Positions 1 through 41,999 of a stretch of 64,000 nt of DNA are shown here, piece after piece. The notes beneath the pieces are model-generated. The model was not told the origin of the DNA, did not search any database, and worked only from the letters and a program-made list of their open reading frames with translations. The stretch covers positions 12,712,001 through 12,776,000 of the forward strand of contig NW_024704742.1 of assembly GCF_018977255.1 (NCBI RefSeq). Reading direction: 5' to 3'. Each line of letters starts with the position of its first letter. The first letter of the stretch is position 1. The position numbers and the translations under genes were made by a program. The stretch is from Callorhinchus milii. Its lineage: Eukaryota.

Positions 1-31
1 CATTTGACTGCCTTTCAGTGTAAGCTTAGAC

Positions 32-472
32 CAGGTAGTCCAACTTGGTGGCCTTTAGGCCGCATCCAGCCAGGGGATTGATTGCTTCTGGTCAGCCAAC
101 CATTTCTGCACCCAGTACCGGTGGCTCCGTTATTCAGTCACTGCACCACTCCCATTGTCTGGGTTGCCCATAATCAATGGGCCCGGCCCTCAATCTCTAT
201 ACCCGGGTGCTCAATTTCAGTATCAGCAATCCCACTCGCCATGCTCCTTGTCCCCATGCCGGTGCTACCACATCACGTTGTTGAGTGGCAGCCACCTGGG
301 CCCTAGCACCCGCCTGTACTTGATGCCTTGCAATTCCATAGATTCCATTTGCTGAGTTGATATTTTACAGTTTGTTTATGGATGGGAAACACAAAAATAT
401 TGCTTATGTGGTGCAGGGACAATTCTCAAATCTGGCATCTGGCCCTCAGCAGCCAAAAGGTTGCACCCCCCG
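32..472. mobile_element. degenerate non-autonomous hAT (Charlie-type) DNA transposon/MITE
   Basis: left end cagg-tagtccaact..ggcc..ggccgcatcc, right end ggccctcagcagccaaaaggttgcaccccccg; flanking 8-mers gcttagac / gcgtacaa match 5/8. Confidence 0.45.
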
Positions 473-1055
473 GCGTACAATGTGAGCTCAAAGTCTTGAC
501 TTCAACCAACAACCTTCTGAGTTGGAGACTGGTGCTTATAACTGGGCCGATTGACGCCTATCTCTTAAAATTATTTAATGTGTTTGCCAAGTAGATCTTA
601 ATTTGCTTCCTGGTAACTGAGTTTTAAGTGTGCTATAATTTAAGTATGTCGGTAAACTGAGTTATGCTAGGCTCTTTCCAAATCTCCAGAGTTTCTCCTG
701 AAATTACTCATGCCTTTCTAAACCTCCAGAGTTTCTCGAACTAAGCAATCTTGCAGAAATCATTAAAATCTGTACTAATTTTACTTTCCAACTCCTTTCA
801 GACTTGTGAATGCAGGCTGTCTAGATCAGGTATTTCGTAATGATTCCTCTTGCAAGGAACAAGCCCAACTAAGTTCTTCCTTGTGTTGAGAGGAGCATCT
901 CCCAATATTGCGAAGGTTAACTTTTCTTGTAATGTGGGTGGAGTTCACCTTTCCCATATAATTTAACCATTTAACTCTTCTGTTAAATAGTGTAGCTGTG
1001 GAACGTGTCTTCCTTTGTTTTAGATTTTTGAACTAAATCGTTATTCTGGCCACAG

Positions 1056-31626
<30,571 letters not shown>

Positions 31627-31911
31627 ATATTGCTGCCTCCTTTCCAAAAGAGTCCTTTGTGTCTGTCATCTCAGGCACTACAATTTTTGTTGTATGTCTA
31701 GCTTTTCATGGCACAAATTCAGTTATTCTCAAATGTAACTAGCTCAGTGGTTCAATGTCATTAGTATTAAAATAGTGAAAATAAGTAGCCTCTCAGATTG
31801 GCTAAATAGTTTAAATGTGGTAATGGTGTCTGTTAGCTGCAGGTCTATATTCTACAATCTTTTCATGGAGAGTACTTTTCATACCCAATTTACAAACGCC
31901 GGATTTCTGAA

Positions 31912-31917
31912 AATAAA
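31912..31917 (+). promoter_or_regulatory. candidate polyadenylation signal of HSPA4L
   Basis: first AATAAA seen after the stop (about 285 nt), with T-rich sequence downstream; ATTAAA variants also occur nearby. Confidence 0.45.
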
Positions 31918-33319
31918 GGAGGCATTTCAGTACTGAGAATTTTTAGCTTTTTGAAGGACTTTTGCTTTCTTCCCTGACAAACCTGTTTTTTAAAAAAAAC
32001 TTGTGCAAGAAAGTCATACCACTCTTGCATCCCTCTCATCCCTCTATACACTGAACTGCATTAGCCATCTTATTATAAAGTGATAAATGGTCCTGTGTAA
32101 TCTAGTGTAAGCTCTTCAAGCCTTAACTTGCAGATTTCTGTTTTACAGCTTGACATTTGCATCCTTCAAATATTTCCACTTTGAACTAGCTTCAAATACT
32201 GAGTCATATACGTTGCATTCAGTTTAAAAACTTGGACTGGGGTTGTTGAAACATTGCTGTTCAATAGGCTGCAAAAGTATTGGATAGTGGCTAAATCTGA
32301 CCTTGATTGTTTTGGATCTTACACTACCAAATGTATCACAACAATGAGTAAATGAAATGTACAGTCAAGAATCCTTTTCATATGGAGGGTGAATGAAATC
32401 CCTCCCTAGTATGTTGCATGTCAGTGAATTTCTGTTTGGATAACCAGTACCTCAGAACAGTGAAAAGTATTGATCTGCATCAAAGGATGCTATCTGTAGC
32501 TGAGTCATACTGAGCTGTGCTTAGCAACCTGAGTAAAAGACACAACATTGCACATTAAAGAGAATAGTTCAAATCTTGCGTAGTGTAAACCCTGAGCTTC
32601 TATTCTAATTGGAAAAGGATGAAGAAATTTACTCATTCAGATTATATTAAAAAATTTGCCTCAGCTATTAGCAGACAATGCAAAAATGTGCTGCATGTGC
32701 TCGGGACATGGTTTGATGCTCACACATTTACCTTTAGCTTGACATTTACCAGTGAGTGCTAATGTCGCAGCAGCAGACTGGCAACAGTGACGTGGTATGG
32801 ATACTATCAGCAAATTGGCTGTACTTTAAAATTTGTGAAACTTTGTAGCACTTATGCAGGAATTTATTTGCTCTTCAAATATTTAGTCATGAATGTAAAT
32901 CCTTTTAAGGGTCATTCTGTGGTAACCATTATGATTAGTTTTGCTAATACTGTCTATGTGGCTGGCTGCATAATTAGGTGATGTTTTGATGGACAGTGTC
33001 CAAGGCAGAAAACCACAGCACTCCCAAGAGATTTCTTCAGATTCCACAATTCAACTCTGCAGGTATGTAAAATTAAATGCCTACAGAGTATTTTTTTTAG
33101 ATCTACTAAAATGTGTGTGTTCCTTGTTTTGCGAAGGGTCAACACAAAGGTAGCAACTTTGGGCTTAGATATTGGTGTTCGAATGTTGCAGTCTCAAAGG
33201 GTTAACTTCATGTATTTCCATCTGTTAGACTTCTATATTAATAGTTGAGAATGAGAGGATGGTACTCCATTTCATTTGAGTTTTTTGGTGTATTATCTTC
33301 ATGCTGATTTTACTATTTC

Positions 33320-33657
33320 GGAGTCCTGTAGCTTAGCGGTTAGAGCATTCGCAAGCGAGAGGACCTGGGTTCAATTCTTGGCAGGGTGAAACATTGGGCA
33401 AGTTTCCTTACTTCACAAGCCTCTACTTAACTAGCAGTAAATAGGAACCCAGTTGTTAGTCGATTGGCAAATCACTTTTCCGGGAGTAATAATTCCTTCA
33501 AAATAAACAAAAATTTGGTCACTCAATCCATGTCTGTTTGTGGGACACTGTTGTGCGCAATTGGCTGCTGTGTTTCTCCCACAAAATTCACTGTGAAGCG
33601 CTTTGAGGTGTCTTGAAGACATGCTAAGGTGCTATATCAAATACAAGGATTATTATT
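33320..33657 (+). mobile_element. full-length diverged tRNA-SINE
   Basis: ggagtcctgtagcttagcggttagagc (A box), gggttcaattc (B box), tail aaggattattat. Confidence 0.88.
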
Positions 33658-33917
33658 TAAGGTTCTATCCTGTGCACTGAATAACATTCAAGCAAGTGCA
33701 AGACCAGAGGACAGATGTTATTGTACACCAACTACACTGTACATTAACAGCTTAAGCATTTGATTAAGTGTAACTTGCCTATCCACTGATCAGTGTATGA
33801 CCTGATACACAAATCCAGTGTAATCCACTTGATATTTATACTGTGGAAACTCTTAGGATAATCTTGGTTAAGATTAAAAGTTCAAAATCCAAAATTCTCC
33901 TATGTTCTACTAGGTGA

Positions 33918-34215
33918 AACATAGGAATTAGGAGCAGGAGTAGATCATTCAGCACCTCAAGCCTACACCCTCATTCAATAAGATCATGGCTGATCTTCTA
34001 AACTAACTCCATCCGCCCGCCTTATCCCCATATCCCTTAATCCCTCTATCCTTTAGAAATCTATCAATCTCAGTCTTGAATATGTTCAAGGACTGAGCAT
34101 CTACAGCCTACTGGGGTAGAGAATTCCATAAATTCACTAGCCTCTGAGTGAAGAAGTGTTTCCTCAACTCTGTTCAAAAACCCTTAATCTTAAGACTGTG
34201 ACCTCTAGTTATAGA
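33918..34215 (-). mobile_element. CR1 3' end
   Basis: reverse complement of 45200-45486. Confidence 0.88.
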
Positions 34216-35309
34216 TTAACTGATCAATTATTATCGTTATTCATGATATGATTATAGATCAAGCACAGTTGGAGGGCTAGGTTTCTAATATAACCTCATA
34301 GTAATATTTTTGGGAATATAGGAAAGAAATCAGGTCAGCATCGGACGCGATTCCAAGTGTGCTGGATTTCCCTCTTTGGTGAGACCAGTTGCATCCCCTC
34401 AACTAGTCGAAGTGGCATTGATGGCTATGGAAGACTAATTTCTTGGCCTAATATATAACGAATACAAGGATTGGGGGCATCACCACAAAAATGTGAGCAG
34501 AGAGGTGGAAAGTAAAGGTTCAAGGATTTTAATATTAATTCGGAAGGAAACAGCAAGGATGAGGATTGTTCTGAGCCAAACTACATCTGAAGAATTTTGT
34601 TGAATCTACCTCTTGCATGTGTCACTCATTCCCACTGAACCCAGAAACATTTTGCTAACACTGCAATGAGGGTGCAGTACAATAAAACCACACTTAATTC
34701 CCAATTCCAGTTGGCTAAAAGTTTTAATGTATAACGGGGTGAGAAAATGTCATCTTACTGTATTTTCTCACCACTTGTAAATGAAGTTAAATGAAGGTAT
34801 GTAAAGTCATAACTTAATATTGAACATTTAATTTGTAATGGGGTGGGTGAAGGGGGAGAGGGAAAGGGGCATATCGAAGTATGCAATGCATAGAGCAAAA
34901 TTGGAGCAGCTACTTAGGACAGACCTGGAAATAATAAGCGTGTCAGTTTTCAAGGCTAGACAATGGGGGAATTAAAAACTCAATTAGTATCTGGAAGCTG
35001 CAGATGGTGACTGGAAATTCTGCTTTGGAATTAAATTGTCAAAAAGGTGTTCCCATGGGTTGGTGAGACAAGGATGTATTGTCTACTCCCCTACTATCAA
35101 TTCAAGTGAAATATTGGAAATTAGCTGTGCCTCCCCAATATGCATATGGGAGAAATGTTGGACCAAAGGAGGCAGAACCTAATCCTGGGAAATTTTTCTG
35201 CTCTTCACCCAAGTGTGTTTAAATGTGCACTTATATGAGAGAATTTAATGTACACAACAACATTACACTTGTACAGTGCACTCAAAGTAGACCCAGGCCA
35301 ATCACCAAC

Positions 35310-36050
35310 AGAAACTTGCATTTATATAGCGCCCTTCATGCGGGGCAGCGTCCTGGAGTGCTTGACAGTGATGGAGTCTGAGCCAGAGGAAGGGGGGAGG
35401 TGACCTTAAGCACGATCAAAAAGCAAGGTCTTTAGGCAGAATTTGAAAGTGAGAGGGAGGTGGCAAGGTGAAGGGATTGAGGAAGAGTTCCAGTTTTGGT
35501 GCGTAGTGGCTGAAGGCATAGCCATCGATGGTGATGGGGACGAGTGACAAACAGGAGGCCGGAGGCAGCGGGTGGGGGAGTGGGATGTACGGTAAGCAGA
35601 TTAGATAGGTAGGGAGCTGCAAGGGCATGAAAGTATTTGAAAACAAAGTGAGAGGATCTTGAAATCGATCCGTTCAGTAATTGGGAGCCCGTAGAGCTTG
35701 GCAAGAACCGGTGTAATGGGGCACAGAGTTTTGTGCGGGTGAGAATCTGGTTCTATTAGTAGTATTTTGTGTACTGTGGGTGACAATCGGGTTTTGGACC
35801 CAAACTGAGAGTTGGGGTCAGGAGGGTGGAGGACGGGGGGGGGGGTGGGAAGGTGGTCAAAGGCGCAGTCGAAGAGGAAGATCTTTAGACAGGAAGAAGG
35901 CAAGGGGGTGAGGTGGAGGGATTGCGGGAGGGAATTCCAGATTGTGGGGGAGAGATGCTGAATGCCCAACCACCAATAATGGGGTGGGGGACCTGGAGCA
36001 GGCCGGTGCCCTCTGAGTAGAGGGAGTGGACAGGCTGATATGGGAGCTGA
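35310..36050 (-). mobile_element. two tandem L2 3' fragments
   Basis: [32 protein letters not shown]2 tail. Confidence 0.8.
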
Positions 36051-36762
36051 CTGATTCAACTGATTGGAACAGCAGCATACTGAGAGTAATGGCATGAGGT
36101 TTCTTGTTTTTACTCTAGTGGTTAGAAAAGACTGAGGGAAGATCAAGAGAGATCATCCCCTACACTGCCCCCAAGCAACAACGTTAATAACTGTCTAGAA
36201 GCCCAGGGATCCCAGAGAAAAATATAATCTCATCAAAACCAAGAGCCAGTGTGTAAACAGTAGATTGGTGTCTCGTTGAAGCAAGATGTTATAACATGTT
36301 TTTTCATGAGATTTTTGAACAGAATAAGTAAACTGCACTGTAATGGACTTGACAAATTATACAACCTGATTTATGAAATTGAAGGCTTACACATTAACCT
36401 AATGTTATGAGTTAATTTGGATTTTGCTTACCTGTGGGAGGATGGCTGTCTGGGGAAACAAAAGGAGGGGAAGTGGGAAATCAAATATGGGGGTTATGTT
36501 GTCTTCAGGGATAAATTAGTAATTGGAGCATTTGGTTAGAAAGCCTAATCAGGAAATGTAACTTTATTGTTGGATGTTCTAAGAGGTTATTTACAATTTT
36601 AAATATCAAAAAGAAAAAACCTTGATGTGGAATTAAACCAATTTACTTTGGGGCCAAAAGACTGACGGAGCACAACTGTACTTGGGAATGTAGTAATCAT
36701 ATCCACATCTTCTCAACTTGATGCTGGAGTTCAGATTTTCATAGTTGGCTTTATAAGGATTT

Positions 36763-36924
36763 TTAAACAGTGATATCAAATGGATCATTGAGCTCTCCTG
36801 CTGGACTGGGTACATGAATGTCCATGGAGATGTGAGCCAACTCATGATATGGCAATGATTGATAAGCTGTCAGTCGTCCGTACATCTTCTATTTTTCAAT
36901 GCATTTCAGCTTTGTTGAATCAAT
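36763..36924 (-). pseudogene. WD40 gene last exon: ..KLKCIEK*KMYGRLTAYQSLPYHELAH...GELNDPFDITV*
   Basis: ttgcag| acceptor; internal TAG 36889-36891; terminal TAA 36763-36765; AATAAA on minus strand at 36563-36568. Confidence 0.7.
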
Positions 36925-36989
36925 CTGCAAACAACAATTTATATTGTAATATTTTTTGCATCTGGAGGACATCTTAAAATGCTTCACAC

Positions 36990-37890
36990 AGCTGGCTTGG
37001 AGCTTCAGTGGTGGTGGGGGGTATGTGCTGAAGAGGATGGGGCAAGGTTGTGGAGTGATTTGAAAATGAGGGTCTTAGAATTTAATCCACTGGGGAGGTG
37101 AGTGAGGATAGGGTGACTGTTACACAGCCTGATGTGGGAGAGGACATATGCTGCAAAGATCTGGAAGGTATGAAGCTGGAGAGTCCCACGAGCAGGGTAT
37201 TGCCATTGAGCCAGGACATGATGAAGGGGTCTCTGGATCCCTGGTGGAGATGGTGAGGTTGCAGATGTGAGGGAACCCAGATATGGGATTTGAAGGACCG
37301 TTTGGTGTGGGGGGGATCCAAAAGGTACTAAGATTCGGCACTAGCTCCTTTGGGTGGAGTGAGCATCTGTACAAGCTCAGTGTTGTCGCCCCTAAGGTGA
37401 AAAGGTGCTGATAGGAGCCCAGTAGAACTTTGCTTTCAACATTTTTAGCTGAAGAAAGTTAGATTTTGTCGGATAGACAATGAGCCAGAACAACATTGAA
37501 CCTGGAAATGAGGGTGGAGGCAAAGTTGTGGAAATTTACCCAATGCCTTCTGATATCACACTAGGTGGGAACAAATAGATGATGAAAAAGAGACACCTGA
37601 GGATAGACCTCCAAGGAATACTCCATGAAACCGCGGGGACAGGAGAAGCTATTACAATAATCCTTGCATTTGATTGGCTGAGACTAATGTGGAGAATGGA
37701 GTCAAAGGCATGACTATCAAAGGCAGCAGAGATTGAGGAAAATGAGGCAAAGACCCCTGATTGCAGATGGAGAAGATGTCACTTCTCAGGCAATTCTGGT
37801 GTCTGGTGGGAGGGGGGCTGGAAAACAGGTAGGGAGCTCGTAGTGAGTCTTGTGAGAGGAAGGATCGGAGCTGGGAGGTGATGGTGAACT
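36990..37890 (-). mobile_element. highly degenerate L2 fragment
   Basis: purine-rich plus strand with residual similarity to other L2 copies. Confidence 0.5.
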
Positions 37891-38213
37891 TAAAAGTGAA
37901 TTCTGTTTATTACTGCAGTTTTCGGATGGACTTTGCTAATTCTACTAAAAAAAGTTGCATTTGATCATCGTGTTGGCAGATAAGACCTTGGTTTAACGTC
38001 TCATGTGGAGGATGGCACCTCCAACAATGCAGCACACCCCCTGCCTAGGTTATATGGGGCCCAAGTGCCAAAATGGGTCTTGAACCCCAACCTTCTGACT
38101 CGGAAGTGAGAGTTCTACCAACTGAGCCAGACTGCCACACAACACTTTATACTTAATAGGAAGGTGGCCATAATGTTCAGTAGATTACATGAGAAAATGA
38201 ATTTTAAAAGTAC

Positions 38214-38329
38214 CTGTTTTTCACAGTTGAGTCCAGCTGTTTTAACTCTTGTAATTCTGTGACACTTCGTTGTGAATAGGAACAGTGCTTCTTCTGCTTT
38301 ATTTTTAACCGAGAATCAAGGATGGAAAA
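38214..38329 (-). pseudogene. possible WD40 gene C-terminal exon: FSILDSRLKIKQKK...TVKN(R)
   Basis: ag|gtact donor and an open frame; acceptor and homology weak. Confidence 0.35.
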
Positions 38330-39689
38330 CTAAACTAACTTGATTCAGTTACATACCTGTTTGCCTGACTATTACAACCACCAATCAGTTAAACCAAACA
38401 TTTGAAGGCCTATTCAAATATAGTTCAGTTTGTGACTGCAGAGAACATCCTACTCTCCAAAGTCCTAGTATTATTGTGAAATGCTTATATCCTGTATCTG
38501 CTACAATTGACTTTCACAAAAGTCTTTTGATTATAATTTTATTGATGTGCAATGTCATTGGGTTTATGTTGTATGGATGACTGTATAAAATAGAACTTTT
38601 TCCTGTGCATTACTAACGTCATATTCATTGGATCAAAATCCTTTGCTTCCATATTGAACACCAATAGTTTATAATAATTCCAGATTATTTCTGATTACCT
38701 TTTCTGTCTCCCATCCTGCTCACTCCCACTTTCTCTCTGAAATGCTTTGAGTAATTTTCCAATGCAAAAGTCTTAAGTTTCTCCAGGACTGTGATCATCC
38801 CCAAATTGATTAAAAATGTTTCTCCTCTTACCTCCAGCTCCTATGGATTTGTGAGAATCCTAGAATAAATCTCTAAAGGTGGTGGAAAATAAGTAGAGCA
38901 AGCAAGAAGTATTTCCAGAGGATAATAAACAACTCAAACAGGTTACCTGCAAAGGATACTTGAGATCTTGTTGGATGGTAGGATGAGTATTGTGGAAGCA
39001 TGATCTTAAATAGTTCCTGTTTGAGAACCTTCTTCATCTATTGTATTCTATAGAGTCCCGTGCAGTAGTCTATTTTTGATATGAAAGTCACTACTTTGAT
39101 GTGTAATTCATTTTACTCATGAATTGTCAAGTTTCCTTCAATTGGGGAACAGATGCAGCATTCTCTATATGTTTTACCTCGGGTATTCATAATTGTGACA
39201 TCTAGACAACCTTTGAATTCTATCATTCCTCCAAGGGACAGTTCACATTTGAATTGATTTGCACAGCTGCTATCAATGTTACTCCCAAGATTAATGAACC
39301 AGGAAATACACTTGAGTAGTACCAAGCTTTCCCTCAAGCCAATCTGTTTTTGTTGTTCTCCAGTTGAACAAGATGCACTTGTGCAGCATCTTTTATTAAA
39401 GATAGTGTTTTATAAAGATTGGCGGGAGGTGGAGGGGAGGCAGGAAGAAGGTGGCTGAAGTGCATTAAGAGTTTTGAAGTGTTTTAAAAGGAAAGGGGGA
39501 AAGAGCGAGATGGAGGGAATTTTGGAAGAGATCCAGTGGGCGGGGACAAAGCGGTTGAAAGCTGTCTTATGAGGGGCAGAGGATTATGGAGCAGTGGGAG
39601 TGGGCAAAAGATCAAAGATAGGGCGGGGCAAAGTCATGGAAGCATTGAAGCTCACTTAGCCAACACAACTGCAATAGGGGTCAGTCTGA

Positions 39690-40077
39690 CTCAGTTGGTA
39701 CAGACAGAGGTGGTGGTCTCAAGCCCCATATCAGGATTTGGAATCCATATCCACTCCAGTCCTGGGAGTGTCCTGCATTGTTGGCACTCCCTTACATTGG
39801 ATGAGACATAGTGAGGTTCAGTCAGCCTGTCCAGGTGGATGTTAAAGATCCCTTGGCACCATTCGAAGAGAAGTGAGTTTCTCCCAGTGTCCTGGCCAAC
39901 AATCTTACTCAAATAAAACCCTGACCAATCACTCCACCGCTGTTTGTGAGATATTGCTATATGCAAAATGGTTGCCATGTATGTCCACAAAATACATAGT
40001 CACACCACTTTACACTATATCCTGTGAAGTGCTCTGAGATGTCCCAACAACACTGGCAAATGCAAGGATTATTTTAT
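39690..40077 (+). mobile_element. older Deu-domain-type tRNA-SINE
   Basis: ctcagttggta head; gcctgtccaggtggatgttaaagatcccttggcacc core; shared tail. Confidence 0.7.
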
Positions 40078-40132
40078 TAATAATCCAGAGCTCTAGTGAT
40101 CTTGCTTGACTGATCAGTAGTTTTACACTTAC

Positions 40133-40288
40133 GTTTGTTCCATTTTCACATTTTAAACTGGTTTGACTTGCTATCAATTGGCAGCTGTTTTTCTGACCAC
40201 TCTTCTTTAGAGAGGTCTTCTGGATGGAGAAGCTGCTGCCATGAGTTCCTGTTGTGAATATTCCAGAGTTCCTTTTGACCAACAAAAC
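40133..40288 (-). pseudogene. WD40 gene exon: FVGQKELWNIHNRNSWQQLLHPEDL...FKM*
   Basis: ttcag| ... |gtaagt, 156 nt; entry frame hits TGA at 40146-40148. Confidence 0.75.
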
Positions 40289-41173
40289 CTGAAACAATAT
40301 TTTAGTGGAATAATGTATTTTCCCTTACTCTTGTTTTTCTCCAATTCGTGCTGCATATTTCATGTAGAAGGACTGGACCATCTACAGTTCTTGTTAACTT
40401 TAAACTCCTCACCACCATTACACAATATTTGGGATTCTCTTCACGTCATAGTGAGACATAGTGGCCAAGTATCCAGCTTTGCAGACAGATCAAGAACTAA
40501 GTTAACAACAAATTACATTTGACCAGCGCCTTCCACAGCGGGAAGATGTCCCGAAGGCTGGGAGTATGGCAACACTCGACCAGTATGGCAACACTTGACC
40601 TTAAACCTGTAACTAGCATGTGCACAGGTAGGAAACCCAAGGATACCAGATGTTACTTACAATTCAATTAAAAACATGCAGTACAATTTAACCAAGGAAT
40701 GTAAATCTAAGCAGAGGTATATAATCCTGCATTGTGAAAAATGCAAATGCATTCCATTCCCTGCAGAACTTGCTTTTGCTGAATTTTGTGCCTATTAAGG
40801 TGACACATTAGTGCTGGGAAACTGAGGTACTGTGTATTGTGCTACTGCGCAAGCACTTTGGGGCGCCTCCCAAAGTGAAAGATGCTATATGAATGTAAAT
40901 TTGTATTATACCGAATCCTTAATGCGACTGGCGCTCTGAGGATGATTTTCTACTGTATTCTGAAATGGTTACCCTGGTGGAATAGAATAGTTGAGCCTTA
41001 AGTGTACAATTAATGAAATATAATATCAAGTTGATTGGATATTTTAATCTAAATTGGGTCAGTTCAATGCCACGTTACCTGGAACAATTTGTGCCACAGA
41101 GTGAAAGCAGGACTATTCCTCATCAACAAAGGGGCTGATCCAATTCTGCTGGTGTAACTGATACTCTACCTAC

Positions 41174-41259
41174 CTACGTACTCTCCTTCAACACTCCACA
41201 GCTTCACAGTACAGTCTGAGGAGCACGTTAGCAAGAACTGTTCTTCCACCAGCTTAATA
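41174..41259 (-). pseudogene. WD40 gene exon: IKLVEEQFLLTCSSDCTVKLWSVEGEYV(G) (open)
   Basis: ggcag| ... |gtaggt, 86 nt. Confidence 0.88.
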
Positions 41260-41999
41260 CTGCCGCCCGTGAAAAAAACAAAAAATTGAAAGAGTTTAAG
41301 ATATTCATTCACCCTCTGCATCACATAACTGCAGCAATATTTCAATGTTCTGATGTACCAGTTAATAATATCCAGTCAATTTAACAACTGTGATATTTAA
41401 GACATCAACTAGTTTGAGTATACTAAGGCAAGCCCCTTCTCAACATTCTTCTCAATAATCACATCTTAGAAGTTATGCATTGAACTTCTGGCTAGTGGGA
41501 GTTGGAGGCAATAGGAATAATTACTGAGGTCGATGTTGCTTCATGGATCACAAAATGTCTGTGCTGTTTGGTCTGGGGATGCTATCTGTTCAGGAGACGA
41601 GGATTGAAGTAAACTGAGGTTGAATTGTGGGAATTGATGACCATTCTGGAGCTTTTTACTTGAGTAATAATATTTTAAAAAGTTTGATATAGTAGCTTTC
41701 ATATCAGGATTGATTCACAGGATTGTGGAGTCCTGCAGCGTAGTGGTTAGAGCACTCTTGTTGAATGTTAGGAAGTCACTACATAATAATCCTTGTATTT
41801 GATACAGTGAGGTTCACGACTTCTAAATGTTTCAAAGCGCGTCACAGAATCATTCTCTGGAGCAATCAATCAAAAAGTTGTTAGCTTTCCAGTGCTGAAA
41901 ATCATTGCCAAAGTTGTCAAATACGTTAACATTGAAGCAGAATATAGCAAGATATTTATGAAGACTGAAGTTAAAATAATTTTCTTTCAGAGAATGCAC

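Noticed and set aside
38947..39070. Extra WD40 C-terminal exon (cag|gtaacc donor)
   Set aside because: No frame joins both neighbours and no recognisable homology; left uncalled.
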